Source: a virus (Duplodnaviria; Caudoviricetes). From it: a DNA stretch of 64,000 nt. Below, one piece after another: positions 1 through 10,006 of this stretch (within the stretch, counting starts at the first letter, position 1; every line of letters starts with the position of its first letter). The stretch lies in the IMG/VR virus record IMGVR_UViG_3300014590_000001, positions 64,001-128,000 of that record; one strand, given 5' to 3'. Position numbers and translations under genes: made by a program. A model generated the notes under the pieces. That model was given only the letters and a program-made list of their open reading frames with translations. It searched no databases and was not told the origin of the DNA.

Positions 1-2
1 GC

Positions 3-3000
3 ACTAACTTCGATAGTTGGGGACAGTTCTGCTATTACTTGAAACGAAAACGTTTCGACGTTCTTCCACATACTGTTAGCGAAATTGCTGCTGGTGAGTA
101 TGGCTATGACGGACAGGCGCATTATTTCAAACAATTCGCACTGACTGTTTTTATGCTTTCAAATACAGGGCGAAGCATTAACGATACAATGGCGGCGGCA
201 ATTCGAAACGCAATCAAAGAAGGAATTTCTTTCGTTGTGTTGCAGAAAGGGCCGGGCGAAGGTGCTGCAAACTTTAACGCCATTTTCAATCCGATTGGTA
301 TCACTGCCAATAAAACAACAAGTATCGTCTGCACAGATCGCGCACGTTCTGCAAATATCGGTGCGTATGGAAATCATGTTGCATGGAATGGTGTTGAACA
401 ATTCCACTACAAATTGGCGTATCGTTCCGCTCAAGGTTATGGTTTCACTGATACCGGTGAGTCACGACAAACCGGAATTAGTGGACAGCCTGGGACGTGG
501 ATTCCTTTCATGTGCGCGGATGTTGATATCAATGATGACATACGGCAAGACTCTCCGTATTTCTTCAAAGATTATTGCTGCGCAGATCCAGAAGATGCAG
601 TGAGTGTTGATTATGATGTTACTGTTTTCCCGTACAAACCCGATACGTGGCGCAACGGAATTCAAGCAGGTTATCACAAAATAAATTGGAGCAACGACAG
701 CGCACAAAGTCTTGCTGCACGTTCACAATTTTTCTGCCACGTTGTTGGCTACGGCTACTCTCTCGCTAACAACAAAGAAGGTGGTTACTCAATTATAAAC
801 GGTACTCAGTACGCGGATGCGCGATCCCTGAACGTCTATAAAATCAGTAAAGCAACCCGCCAACTTGTTGAGCGTAGAAATTTTGATCTTCATGCGAGTG
901 GCGATGGTCAGCCTGACGGCATTGCTGCTGCGGCTGCGATGGCGGCATATTTGAATAGCATCGACGGAAACTATTGGGTTCTCGTCACGATGTTTGATGA
1001 ATGTTCTTATAATCATTTGGCTGGCGGATTACCTGCTGCAATGTATCGCATTGGCGCGAGCCGTCGTGTTTGGGAAGATGTAAACTTTCAATATCGCGGC
1101 GCATATAATTGTTTCGGTAGCCCCGGATTGGGAGAAGGAAACGCAATCAACGAAATGTACAAAGGAGAAATGTCCAGCGATCCGAATGCAATTTTCGATG
1201 TTGGCTATTCCTTTGATACAAACGGCTGGCCTTATATTACAGGTACGCAACTCTATTCAAAACCTTCTGTATCAAACAGAGGTCTTTTTAATGATCAGGC
1301 AAGTCAACACTCCAACTACTACAAAGTGTTGGACGATCCGGATGGAAGCCAGTATTACGGAGTGAAGCATACTGCGGAATTGCGTGATGTTCGCTTTAAA
1401 AAACTTCCGATGTATGAAGCAAAAGATTTTGTAGTAAGTGTTGAACATCCATGTATTGATCTCGGCAACTATCCTACGTTCTCTATTGATGATATTTCAA
1501 TTAAAGAGGGCAGCGACTACGGATACTCGACAGCAACGTTTACTATTACTGCGAGTGAAGAAGTTATGGGTCGTGCGATTTCGATGACTGTTCAAACTCG
1601 CGATGGTACTGCGCGATGCGTAAGCAGTGAAACTACTGCTCGACGAATGATTGCACCTAGCGGTAATTCTCCGTTCTCGTTTATTGATTATCAGAATACT
1701 CGCGTTGTGTGGGGCGGTAGTCTTGACGCATTCACCAACAACAATCTGGCAAACAATGCGCAAACCAAACAGTTCCTAACCAATGCAATTGATTGGCTTG
1801 GACACGGACACCGAAACGATAAGATTTTAATTGTTGGCGATTCCTTCACAGGAAGTTCTTACCCAACGAGCAACTATCGAATCAATGAAGGTGGTGCGAA
1901 CGATTTCGGAACAACGCTAGTAAACCATTTGCGAAACATGCAATTTCAAGTTGATGTTGCTGGATGGTCTACGCTTTACGGCGGTGCTCCTTCTGCAATC
2001 ATCTTTGATAAGTACGTTATCGTTATTTTTATTTCTGCGAATCCAAATGCGAATGCGAAAATCGGAATTGCATTTACGAAAGCGTTAGAAAACTCTGTTC
2101 GTCGTGGTACAGGTATGATGGTTCTTACAGGACAATCAAACGTGGCTGGTAGTGCGAACATGTTGGCGAACCGTTTTTATCTGAACTACTCCGGTTCGTT
2201 CTCCGGTGAAAACTTAAACGTGGATGCAGTTAGAAGTCAGATCGGTAGCCATCAACTTATTAACGGCATGTCTGGTGCGTGGGGCGGCCTCGGTGGTTTT
2301 TCTGATGTTCGAACAAATGGAGGCGTTGGAGATCCACAAGACTACATTCCAATTGAACCGCGACAGCTTACGTTCCCTGTAGGCGCGAAAACAATGCAAG
2401 TGTCCGTACAAGTTTATCAGGACAGACTGACAGAAGGTGATGAATATTTTTATCTCGTTCTTTCTGATCTCTCACGTTCTGAATTTACGCGCGATACTGG
2501 TATGTGTACGATTCTGGATGATGATGGTACTCCGTTCGGTAGTGCTGCAAGTTCCGGCGGTCAAGGTGTTGAATGGCGTCGTCAGCTTTACCGAAATAAC
2601 ACTGGCGTATTTATTCTTTGGTCGGAACACTATAATATTCCAGACCGTGTAGATATTTTCCGCGATGGTGTTTGGCTTGATTCAAGTCCGAAAGGTGGAC
2701 AAGCGCCTTACGATTATCCGTCTGGCCCGATTTATCGCAACCTTCCGAACTCCGGCGGTCAGCATGAAATTTATATTCCTCACTATGCTGAACTTGATTA
2801 CACAACTTATTACGATGTGCGTATGCAGGGTACTGGTGACGGTACTGGATGGGATTACAACACGCGTGATGACAGTGTGAAAGGAATGTCTGGAAGTTTC
2901 AACTCCGGAAAATATGGCGGTCGTGTGTTTATTCACAACGTTGAATCGCAGCCTCGTCGTGGTGCATTCCGAATCAAAGTTGATTGGACAGGCGGTAATG

Positions 3001-3158
3001 GTGAAATGCACTTGCGCCGTGTTGGTGTAACTGCGGTTCGTGCTACTACTCGTGGAACATTCTATTTGGATCACGATACGACACGCGACTTCAAATACAT
3101 TGAAGTCTTCTTCAGTGGCACAAACTGTACGTACACAATCTCGGTTGTCGATCTGTAA
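3..3158 (+). CDS. Large virion adhesin/fibre-like protein (ILEI/GG domain, split Calx-beta domain, GATase-like inserts); 5'-truncated by the window edge
   Basis: The frame is open from nt 3 (TNFDSWGQFCYYLK). ILEI-like segment RSLNVYKI...NFDLH...AYLNSID..YWVLVTMFDE...RIGAS...YRGAY..FG. Calx-beta halves PTFSIDDISIKEG...TRDGTA and DYIP...LTFPVG...EGDEYFYLVLS...TILDDD. Confidence 0.75.
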   Translation, partial: TNFDSWGQFCYYLKRKRFDVLPHTVSEIAAGEYGYDGQAHYFKQFALTVFMLSNTGRSINDTMAAAIRNAIKEGISFVVLQKGPGEGAANFNAIFNPIGITANKTTSIVCTDRARSANIGAYGNHVAWNGVEQFHYKLAYRSAQGYGFTDTGESRQTGISGQPGTWIPFMCADVDINDDIRQDSPYFFKDYCCADPEDAVSVDYDVTVFPYKPDTWRNGIQAGYHKINWSNDSAQSLAARSQFFCHVVGYGYSLANNKEGGYSIINGTQYADARSLNVYKISKATRQLVERRNFDLHASGDGQPDGIAAAAAMAAYLNSIDGNYWVLVTMFDECSYNHLAGGLPAAMYRIGASRRVWEDVNFQYRGAYNCFGSPGLGEGNAINEMYKGEMSSDPNAIFDVGYSFDTNGWPYITGTQLYSKPSVSNRGLFNDQASQHSNYYKVLDDPDGSQYYGVKHTAELRDVRFKKLPMYEAKDFVVSVEHPCIDLGNYPTFSIDDISIKEGSDYGYSTATFTITASEEVMGRAISMTVQTRDGTARCVSSETTARRMIAPSGNSPFSFIDYQNTRVVWGGSLDAFTNNNLANNAQTKQFLTNAIDWLGHGHRNDKILIVGDSFTGSSYPTSNYRINEGGANDFGTTLVNHLRNMQFQVDVAGWSTLYGGAPSAIIFDKYVIVIFISANPNANAKIGIAFTKALENSVRRGTGMMVLTGQSNVAGSANMLANRFYLNYSGSFSGENLNVDAVRSQIGSHQLINGMSGAWGGLGGFSDVRTNGGVGDPQDYIPIEPRQLTFPVGAKTMQVSVQVYQDRLTEGDEYFYLVLSDLSRSEFTRDTGMCTILDDDGTPFGSAASSGGQGVEWRRQLYRNNTGVFILWSEHYNIPDRVDIFRDGVWLDSSPKGGQAPYDYPSGPIYRNLPNSGGQHEIYIPHYAELDYTTYYDVRMQGTGDGTGWDYNTRDDSVKGMSGSFNSGKYGGRVFIHNVESQPRRGAFRIKVDWTGGNGEMHLRRVGVTAVRATTRGTFYLDHDTTRDFKYIEVFFSGTNCTYTISVVDL

Positions 3159-3163
3159 TACGC

Positions 3164-3190
3164 TGGCGGTGTAATGCCGCCAACTTTTTT
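3164..3190 (+). terminator. Rho-independent terminator
   Basis: TGGCGGT-GTAA-TGCCGCCA followed by ACTTTTTT. Confidence 0.7.
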
Positions 3191-3202
3191 GGAGAAAGAA
3201 GT

Positions 3203-3406
3203 ATGCCAGCGCTCGGAAGATTAGCAATTAAAAATCCGGCTACAGGTGCGTGGATCTCTAATTTAACCAGAGGCGGTATGAAGATTCGTTGGACAAACCC
3301 TGCAACGGGTTTAACTGTTTGGGTGCGAATGACTCCAAACAATACGAAGCTGAAGAATCCTAACTTTGGTCAATCGGGCGAACCTGAATTTATAAGTCTC
3401 GTCTAA
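3203..3406 (+). CDS. Small virion-associated protein
   Basis: GGAG RBS, 67 aa, internal NPATG repeat, lies within the fibre operon. Confidence 0.6.
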   Translation: MPALGRLAIKNPATGAWISNLTRGGMKIRWTNPATGLTVWVRMTPNNTKLKNPNFGQSGEPEFISLV

Positions 3407-3416
3407 GGAAACTAGA

Positions 3417-4235
3417 ATGACATTGCAGAAAATTGATCCATCATTTATTAGCGGGGCAGGGGGCACTAAAAATCAAGTCCTCGCTAAAAAGAATGACCTT
3501 AGCGTTGGATTCGTTGACCCTGCTAAACAAGATCCGACAGAAAATAAATCTTCGGTACAATTTGATAGCGCAACAGGAACAATCACAGTTATTTTTCCTG
3601 ACGGTACTCAAAAAATTGCATCGGGTTTACCAACTGCGGATCAAATGAAAGCAGGACGTGAAGGGAAGCAAGGCAAACAAGGCATTCAAGGTAACGCAGG
3701 AAAAGACGGACGCGATGGACGCGATGGAGAGCCGGGCTGTCCGGGCATTCGCGGAACTCGTGGACGACAAGGGCCAACTGGTAACACTGGCCCGATTGGC
3801 CCGACAGGAAATACTGGTGCGCCGGGGCCAACAGGTATGCAAGGAAATACTGGCCCTGCTGGACGCGATGCAATTATAAATCAGTATGAAGTTTCTGCCG
3901 TTCTCGATCCTCTAACTGGTAAAGAAGTTGTTGGCGCTTATGTTGGTTCTGATTTCGATCCAAACACAGGCCGCACAATTAACTTCGGTCGCGCTATTGC
4001 TCCTGCAACTCAAAGCGCAATCAACGTCGCATTCAACAAACCGTTCTTAAACCGTTGTGCAAGTCTGACAATTACGTTCCTTAATACGGCAACCAATCAG
4101 GCTAAAACTTATTCCATCTATAACACTGATGGAACAGCGGTAAAAGAAAACGTGTTGCTCGGTGGATTTATGCTGAAGTCAACGGGCGCGAATTCCGTAG
4201 CATGGGATTTCTATTATTCAGCAATAGGTGATTAA
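3417..4235 (+). CDS. Collagen-like tail fibre protein
   Basis: About 24 Gly-X-Y triplets (GREGKQGKQGIQG...GPAGRD). The C-terminal FNKPF...FYYSAIG tip is typical of phage fibres. Confidence 0.85.
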   Translation: MTLQKIDPSFISGAGGTKNQVLAKKNDLSVGFVDPAKQDPTENKSSVQFDSATGTITVIFPDGTQKIASGLPTADQMKAGREGKQGKQGIQGNAGKDGRDGRDGEPGCPGIRGTRGRQGPTGNTGPIGPTGNTGAPGPTGMQGNTGPAGRDAIINQYEVSAVLDPLTGKEVVGAYVGSDFDPNTGRTINFGRAIAPATQSAINVAFNKPFLNRCASLTITFLNTATNQAKTYSIYNTDGTAVKENVLLGGFMLKSTGANSVAWDFYYSAIGD

Positions 4236-4236
4236 C

Positions 4237-4695
4237 ATGATCTATCTCGGTGTTAATGCTGAAACGGGAGAAATTTATGGACGGGTACGCGTACCCACTC
4301 CATCTTCCATTGAAGTGGACGAAGAACTTTTTGGGCGATACTTGGGCGATCCTAGCGCATTTATTTATTATCCGGATCGCAACACAATTGATATTCGTCC
4401 GGACTATGAACCTCCTAAAGCACAATCAATAAGTTCTGAAGTTTTAGAAAACTATCAGACGAAAGCGCAGGAAGAAATTTATATTCCTGAACTTGATGTT
4501 CACGTAAGTATCGCGGGAGTTTTCGGGCGCGTTTTACTTGCGGCATTGTCACTTGCTCAGTATGTTCCACAAACTGTTTTGGTGTTCGACAAAGGTTCTT
4601 ATTCTAAGATTGAAATCAACGCTTCGAATTTAGAATTCTTTGCTGCTGCATACGCCAAACATTTTGCAGATATCACGGAGGATCTGAATGAGTAA
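4237..4695 (+). CDS. Hypothetical protein, possible fibre assembly chaperone
   Basis: Directly follows the fibre gene; function inferred from position only. Confidence 0.55.
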   Translation: MIYLGVNAETGEIYGRVRVPTPSSIEVDEELFGRYLGDPSAFIYYPDRNTIDIRPDYEPPKAQSISSEVLENYQTKAQEEIYIPELDVHVSIAGVFGRVLLAALSLAQYVPQTVLVFDKGSYSKIEINASNLEFFAAAYAKHFADITEDLNE

Positions 4696-5476
4696 GTTAA
4701 GCAACTATGTGGATACATTGATTGAGCTTTCACGACAGCAAGGGCTTGTTGGTGGTAACGATGTTGTTTACCGCCTTGCGCCTGAAGTTGTTGTGATTAT
4801 CTCAGACAACGAACCGACGGATCACACGTTTCCTCTAAACGGAATTTGGATCGTAAGTGATATCAATGCGCAGGATTATAAATCAGTTTACAAACGTGAA
4901 AGCAAAACTCCTGCAAATGGACGAGCGTATACGTGGAAACTGATCGATGATTATGATGTTTTCATGCGCCCTCAAACGTGGGATAGCGCAGACCTTCCGA
5001 CCCCTGTTATCGTTAGCGGTAAAGGCGGGCAGATGGAAGCTGCACTTTTCCCGCGTATTGTTTCGCAGTTTTTAGCGAACGAAACTATTCCACGTAGCTA
5101 TGCGGATGCAATAAAAACTCAACTTTCGAGTGGCTTCAGTGTAATGCTCAGTAACATGAATAATCGTGTTACCTCAAACACTGGACGCATAACGGAATTG
5201 AGTCAAAATATTAAGTTGCTAAGTGCGAAAGTTGACGAAGCAATTTCCTCAAGTGCAATTCGTGGCGCTGTTATTGTGCAAGATACCCCGACTCCGCTAT
5301 GGGCTTGCACTCACGGATTTGGCGAAGGTTATGGTTTCATGTTGTGTATAGATGCCAGCGGAGAAATTGTATGGCCGGAAAGAGTCTATACAGATCCTTC
5401 TTCTCCCGAAACATTGTTGGTAGAGTTTTTGGATTCTGTCTCGGGTTATGGTCTTTTGGTGTACATTCCGAAATAA
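4688..5476 (+). CDS. Virion structural protein with coiled coil and C-terminal fibre-type domain
   Basis: C-terminal W..THGFG...D.SGEIVWP.......LLVEF motif, shared with 7794..9962. Confidence 0.6.
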   Translation: MSKLSNYVDTLIELSRQQGLVGGNDVVYRLAPEVVVIISDNEPTDHTFPLNGIWIVSDINAQDYKSVYKRESKTPANGRAYTWKLIDDYDVFMRPQTWDSADLPTPVIVSGKGGQMEAALFPRIVSQFLANETIPRSYADAIKTQLSSGFSVMLSNMNNRVTSNTGRITELSQNIKLLSAKVDEAISSSAIRGAVIVQDTPTPLWACTHGFGEGYGFMLCIDASGEIVWPERVYTDPSSPETLLVEFLDSVSGYGLLVYIPK

Positions 5477-5487
5477 ACACTCTCGCG

Positions 5488-6234
5488 ATGATTCAGAGTT
5501 ATGCGGGTGCTTATTACGGAAGTTCGGTTGCGGCAGGGATGCTGCAACAACCCACAATCATTATTTATATTCCTATCGTGAAAGATATTTCGCGTCCGGA
5601 ATTCGACGGCTACATGGATGAAGTAGCCAAACGAATTTATAAATACAACCCTAAGCAACTGGTTAGTATAGATAGAGATTTCCTAAAATTTCTTCCCTCC
5701 GACATTCAAGAAAAATATAAAAACTCTTACGTTTATCTTCAGACGAATATCTCAATGTGTGAGAAGATTGATTTCTTAATCGACTCGGCTGATAAGAAAA
5801 ATGTGCCTCTTTATATTCTTCTTGGAACTCAATCTATCTCACGCTCGACGGATGCTGAAGTTACAGAATGCGTTAAGCATGAGCACGAAATTTTCTATAT
5901 CAATACTTTGCAGCAATTGAAAAGAGTAGTTACGGAATTACAGAGTAAAGACAAAGGCTATATTATTTCTGCTCTCAATTACGTGATAGATGAAGAATAC
6001 AATACGGTTGTGGATCGTGGTCAGGTGAATCATTATATCAACATGATTAATCGCGTACACACTACAATCGGAAAATACTCTTACATCAATCTTGATATTG
6101 CATTGCGCCCTCGCTACATAAACAAACAACTCGATACAGAGCTATACATTCGTCCCAATAATTTAAAATCGGAAGACGAACAAATATTGCTCAAAAATAT
6201 TTTAACTAACATTGATGGAACACTTTCTCACTAA
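5488..6234 (+). CDS. Hypothetical protein (AT-rich)
   Basis: Start placed at ATG 5488 to avoid overlap with the upstream gene; visibly AT-rich and I/Y/N/K-rich. Confidence 0.6.
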   Translation: MIQSYAGAYYGSSVAAGMLQQPTIIIYIPIVKDISRPEFDGYMDEVAKRIYKYNPKQLVSIDRDFLKFLPSDIQEKYKNSYVYLQTNISMCEKIDFLIDSADKKNVPLYILLGTQSISRSTDAEVTECVKHEHEIFYINTLQQLKRVVTELQSKDKGYIISALNYVIDEEYNTVVDRGQVNHYINMINRVHTTIGKYSYINLDIALRPRYINKQLDTELYIRPNNLKSEDEQILLKNILTNIDGTLSH

Positions 6235-6260
6235 TTTAATGTTAGAAATTTAGTGGGGGA

Positions 6261-6542
6261 GTGGCAATGGTGAGTATCAAAAAAGCAAAGCTGCTCATTG
6301 TTTTGTTCGTAGGATTTGTCCTTGTGCTTGCAATGTTCACAGGCAAAACTTCTTATGCGCCATCCAACATCATTGGCGACGAAATTGTGAGTTGTGTTAC
6401 GGCAGTTTGTGTTTCGGATAAAACTTTGGGGAACTGCATTGAGTTTCCACCTAGAGTTGCGAGAGTGGTGCAAACCTCTGACGTTAATTCGGGCGCGGTG
6501 CGACTTGTTATTAGTCTGAACCGCAACTGCGAAGGGGGATAA
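6261..6542 (+). CDS. Small membrane-anchored or secreted Cys-containing protein
   Basis: KKAK followed by hydrophobic LLIVLFVGFVLVLAMF; 4 Cys. Confidence 0.55.
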   Translation: MAMVSIKKAKLLIVLFVGFVLVLAMFTGKTSYAPSNIIGDEIVSCVTAVCVSDKTLGNCIEFPPRVARVVQTSDVNSGAVRLVISLNRNCEGG

Positions 6543-6543
6543 A

Positions 6544-7032
6544 ATGAGTTCGTTACTTGACTTCATCGGTCAGTTACTAGGTTCAAGCGCTCCGACATTG
6601 CTCGCTTGTATCGCATTAGTTGCTGGCGGTGCTTTTTACTATTTCAAAGTTCTGCCTGATATGGAGGAACTGAAAGAGTTTAGAAAGCGTGAAGCGGAAG
6701 GAAATTTAGATTCATCTGCAATGGCGACAAGCATTGACGAACTTAGAAAACTCGTTACAAAAATGCTTGAAGATAATCCTGATTCGAACTCTGCAAAAGT
6801 GTTGAGCGATGTTTTGCGTAACACTCATGAACTTGAGCGTTCTCTTAATGCGTTAGGCCGTGATACTCAATTCACGACGGGCGTAATAAGAGATCTGATG
6901 CAGTCAGTAAATGATTTGCATACAGAAGTTAAACTGGTGCGTCAGAAACTACACAATATTTCTGGTGCAATCTATTCAACAACAGGGGCGCACGACGAAA
7001 ATGCGTTAGGCGATCTTAGGAGTTTGCGATGA
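6544..7032 (+). CDS. Membrane-anchored coiled-coil protein
   Basis: N-terminal TM segment (LLACIALVAGGAFYYF) and heptad-rich C-terminus. Confidence 0.65.
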   Translation: MSSLLDFIGQLLGSSAPTLLACIALVAGGAFYYFKVLPDMEELKEFRKREAEGNLDSSAMATSIDELRKLVTKMLEDNPDSNSAKVLSDVLRNTHELERSLNALGRDTQFTTGVIRDLMQSVNDLHTEVKLVRQKLHNISGAIYSTTGAHDENALGDLRSLR

Positions 7033-7778
7033 AAGGCTTTTTGAAAAACAACATTGAATTTCGCAGATACACTGCGGAACGATATGCAGATTTTTATAAA
7101 GCTAAGGCATTCATGCTTTCGGAAATTCTTGAAACCAATCGGCACCAATTCACGGCACAGGCGAGAGAAACTTTGTTGCAATATTTCTCGTCTGCGACCG
7201 ATTGGCTTCAAGAAGTGGAGAAGTGCTTTATCCGTAGTGGACATGGCGCTTCTCCCACGGACGAAGATGGAAAGCAGATCATCGAAAGTTTTATCGGCAT
7301 GGAAACATTCGTGCATGAACTCATGCAGGATAATCCTGAAGATTTCGATACGCGCTTTAGTAGCGCTTGGATTGAAATGCGCAAAGCCTGTCTAGCAGGA
7401 ATTGTTAACGCGTTCTCACTCCGCCTTAGTCCAAACAAAGAAGAAGCGTTCAGACTCATAACCGATTTTGTTATTGGTTATATGAGTCACACAATGTTTA
7501 ATCTGCACGAAATTGATTATCTCATTGTGGAACGTGAAAGACCGTTTGTGTATGTGGACAAACTTGATCTCACTGCGATGGAGATTGACCAAATCACAAA
7601 CCCAATTACTCGTTGGGAAACTTACAAGAAACATGGACTACTTGCATATTTCCCACAAGTAAAAATGCGAGCAAAGTATATGCTCGATGATAAATACGTT
7701 ACCTCGTATTCTATGCGCAAGGATGCGTATGAAAAGTTACGTTGTTCATTAGAACAATGTGATTCGCAATTTTATTAA
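7029..7778 (+). CDS. Hypothetical protein
   Basis: 249-aa ORF with ATGA coupling to the upstream gene. Confidence 0.65.
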   Translation: MKGFLKNNIEFRRYTAERYADFYKAKAFMLSEILETNRHQFTAQARETLLQYFSSATDWLQEVEKCFIRSGHGASPTDEDGKQIIESFIGMETFVHELMQDNPEDFDTRFSSAWIEMRKACLAGIVNAFSLRLSPNKEEAFRLITDFVIGYMSHTMFNLHEIDYLIVERERPFVYVDKLDLTAMEIDQITNPITRWETYKKHGLLAYFPQVKMRAKYMLDDKYVTSYSMRKDAYEKLRCSLEQCDSQFY

Positions 7779-7793
7779 TATCGGAGAAGAAGA

Positions 7794-9962
7794 ATGAAAT
7801 TTGGTAACATTACCCTGATGGCTGGCGCTCAGATTAAAAACCTGCGTGGTGAAAAACTTGCAGCCGATCCAGCACTTGAAACATTAGTGGCTGCACAGGA
7901 AGCAATGTTGTGGTACAACACAACTGAAAAAGTTTATAAGTTCTTCAACGGAACAGCGATTGTTTCTCTCGGCGGCGGTAGCGGTGGCGATGTTGATCTG
8001 TCAGGTCTGGTAAAAGCAGACGGCTCCGTTGCTATGACTGGCGCACTGGAACTTTCCTCTGCGGATCAGAGTGGCGCAGATGCGAAAGCTGCGGTAAGTA
8101 AAGGTCACGTTGACTCTCTGCTGGCAAACAAACTTTCTGTTTCTGGCGGCGCACTGACTGCGGATCTTTCTGCTGGCAACTTCGGCATTTCCAATCTTGC
8201 CGCTCCAGTAAATCCAACGGATGCCGCTCGTAAGATTGATATCGAAAATGCGCTGTCCGGTATGAACTGGAAAGAAGATATCGACGCGCTGCAAACTGAC
8301 GCGGTTCTGCAACCTCAGAAAATTGACGGCAAGCGTTACGTTCTGACTGACGTAGAAAATCTTCACGCAGACTTCGGCACAATCGAAGGTGTTGCAGATA
8401 ACGCAATCGTTCAGTACGTAACTGATAAATTCGTTGTTGTATTTGCTCCGACTGAAGATCGCGCTGAAGGTGCAATCGCGTGGAACTCTGCAACCAATCA
8501 GTATGTTCGTTTTGATGGTACTGCGTGGTCTACTTTTGGCGGTATGGCAAGCGTTACTGCTGGCGCAGGTCTGTCTCAGAGCGGAAACGAAATCTCCGTT
8601 GATCTGGACGAGGCTGGCGGTCTTGGTCTTGATGCTGAAGGTATCACTCTGAAACTCGACGGCGCAACTCTGGCACTTTCTGCTTCTGGTGTGAAAGTTG
8701 CTGACAGTGCTATCGGTTACAATCAGATTGATGCTGCTTTACTCGGCACCGGCCTGAAACGTAACGTCACAACTTCTAAAATTGAAGTTGATGAAACTGC
8801 TATTACTGGTTTCGGTTTCATCGGCGCTGCTGGCGGTTCCGTTGAAGCACTGGAAATCACTGGCGAAATGGGCGAACAAGACGGCGCAGTTGCAACGCGT
8901 AAGTTTGTTGTTGACGCTACTGCTGGCGCATCGAAAGTTTACGTGATGGATAACAGCGAAGAAACTGAAGGTGCAACTACCTTTGATTTCCAACACAACG
9001 CTGGAATTCGTTTCGGTACAGTTATCGTTTATAACGAAGCTGGCGAACAGATCATGCCGGACTCCATTAAGCTGATCGACAATAACAATCTGCAAGTTGT
9101 CGTTGCTGAAGCAATGAAACCGTTTATTGTTTTCATTGCTGGTGAAAACCAATACGTAAAGCCTGAAGCTCCAGTTGAGCCATATTCAATTCTGATGGCG
9201 AACGGATCTGCTTCTCGTTGGGAAAGTCAGTATAGCACCTACGCTATCTTACAGGCACAAGATGTTAGCACCGTTAAGAATGTTGTGTGGACTCGCGATA
9301 TTCCGAACATGCCTTACATGCAAAACATCATGGGCAGCGCTAACGGTCTGGTTACTCGCATTTACAACTCTGGTGCGACTACCTTCCCTGTTATCGGTAC
9401 TGTCACTGCAACGATCACCAAACAGGATGATACTGTTGTTGTGGTTACTGCTGACGTCAACATTACCGAAATGCCGACTCAGCTTTATCTCGGTGTTAAA
9501 CAGGCTGCGTCTGATACTACTGCTGCGGGTTCTTCTACTAACATTATGTCTGGTCAGAGTATCGGTATCAGTTTGACTGATAACCTGTCCAACATTCTTC
9601 GCGGTCATGACGGTGCAGGCGCAACGAATATGGCGCTTAAATCCGGCGAGAAAATCACAAACGTTACGTGGGGCGTTGTTCCGAACATTAAGAATGCGGC
9701 TGGTTATACCGGTTCCGATATTCAGATTGTTCGCGGTACTAACCCGTTCCGCATTAACATTGTTGCGCCAACCATTGCAGATGCTTCTATCAGTAACGGT
9801 TCCAGCATGAAGTTTGTTGTGTATGCAACGGTGGAAACCGATCAGGGTCGTAAACTTCTGACTAACGTTGAATTCGATTTCCTGAAATCAACTTCAGGCG
9901 TAACTACCAAAGCGGCCTATGCTTATACTCAGGCTCAACTGGATGCTGCGGTTCTGAACTAA
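7794..9962 (+). CDS. Long virion fibre/appendage protein (DUF2793-like region, fibre repeats, C-terminal beta-rich domains)
   Basis: GGAG RBS. DAARKIDI and AVATRKFV fibre motifs. GKRYV...AIVQY...GAIAW...YVRFDGTAW is DUF2793-like. HNAG..GTVIVYNEAG domain. Confidence 0.75.
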   Translation: MKFGNITLMAGAQIKNLRGEKLAADPALETLVAAQEAMLWYNTTEKVYKFFNGTAIVSLGGGSGGDVDLSGLVKADGSVAMTGALELSSADQSGADAKAAVSKGHVDSLLANKLSVSGGALTADLSAGNFGISNLAAPVNPTDAARKIDIENALSGMNWKEDIDALQTDAVLQPQKIDGKRYVLTDVENLHADFGTIEGVADNAIVQYVTDKFVVVFAPTEDRAEGAIAWNSATNQYVRFDGTAWSTFGGMASVTAGAGLSQSGNEISVDLDEAGGLGLDAEGITLKLDGATLALSASGVKVADSAIGYNQIDAALLGTGLKRNVTTSKIEVDETAITGFGFIGAAGGSVEALEITGEMGEQDGAVATRKFVVDATAGASKVYVMDNSEETEGATTFDFQHNAGIRFGTVIVYNEAGEQIMPDSIKLIDNNNLQVVVAEAMKPFIVFIAGENQYVKPEAPVEPYSILMANGSASRWESQYSTYAILQAQDVSTVKNVVWTRDIPNMPYMQNIMGSANGLVTRIYNSGATTFPVIGTVTATITKQDDTVVVVTADVNITEMPTQLYLGVKQAASDTTAAGSSTNIMSGQSIGISLTDNLSNILRGHDGAGATNMALKSGEKITNVTWGVVPNIKNAAGYTGSDIQIVRGTNPFRINIVAPTIADASISNGSSMKFVVYATVETDQGRKLLTNVEFDFLKSTSGVTTKAAYAYTQAQLDAAVLN

Positions 9963-9976
9963 TCAGTAATTTAATT

Positions 9977-10006
9977 GGGAGGGCTTCGGCCTTCCCTTTT
10001 ATTTTT
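9977..10006 (+). terminator. Rho-independent terminator
   Basis: GGGAGGGC-TTCG-GCCTTCCC followed by TTTTATTTTT. Confidence 0.85.

Noticed and set aside
3654-3870. Repetitive GC-rich DNA as a possible CRISPR array or VNTR
   Set aside because: It is explained by collagen Gly-X-Y codons.
5299-5487. Extended 5' ends given by the ORF track (also 11139, 20723, 26173, 33269, 41300, 47475, 50961, 51819, 61269)
   Set aside because: They mostly overlap upstream genes, and downstream starts with better RBS or coupling were chosen instead.
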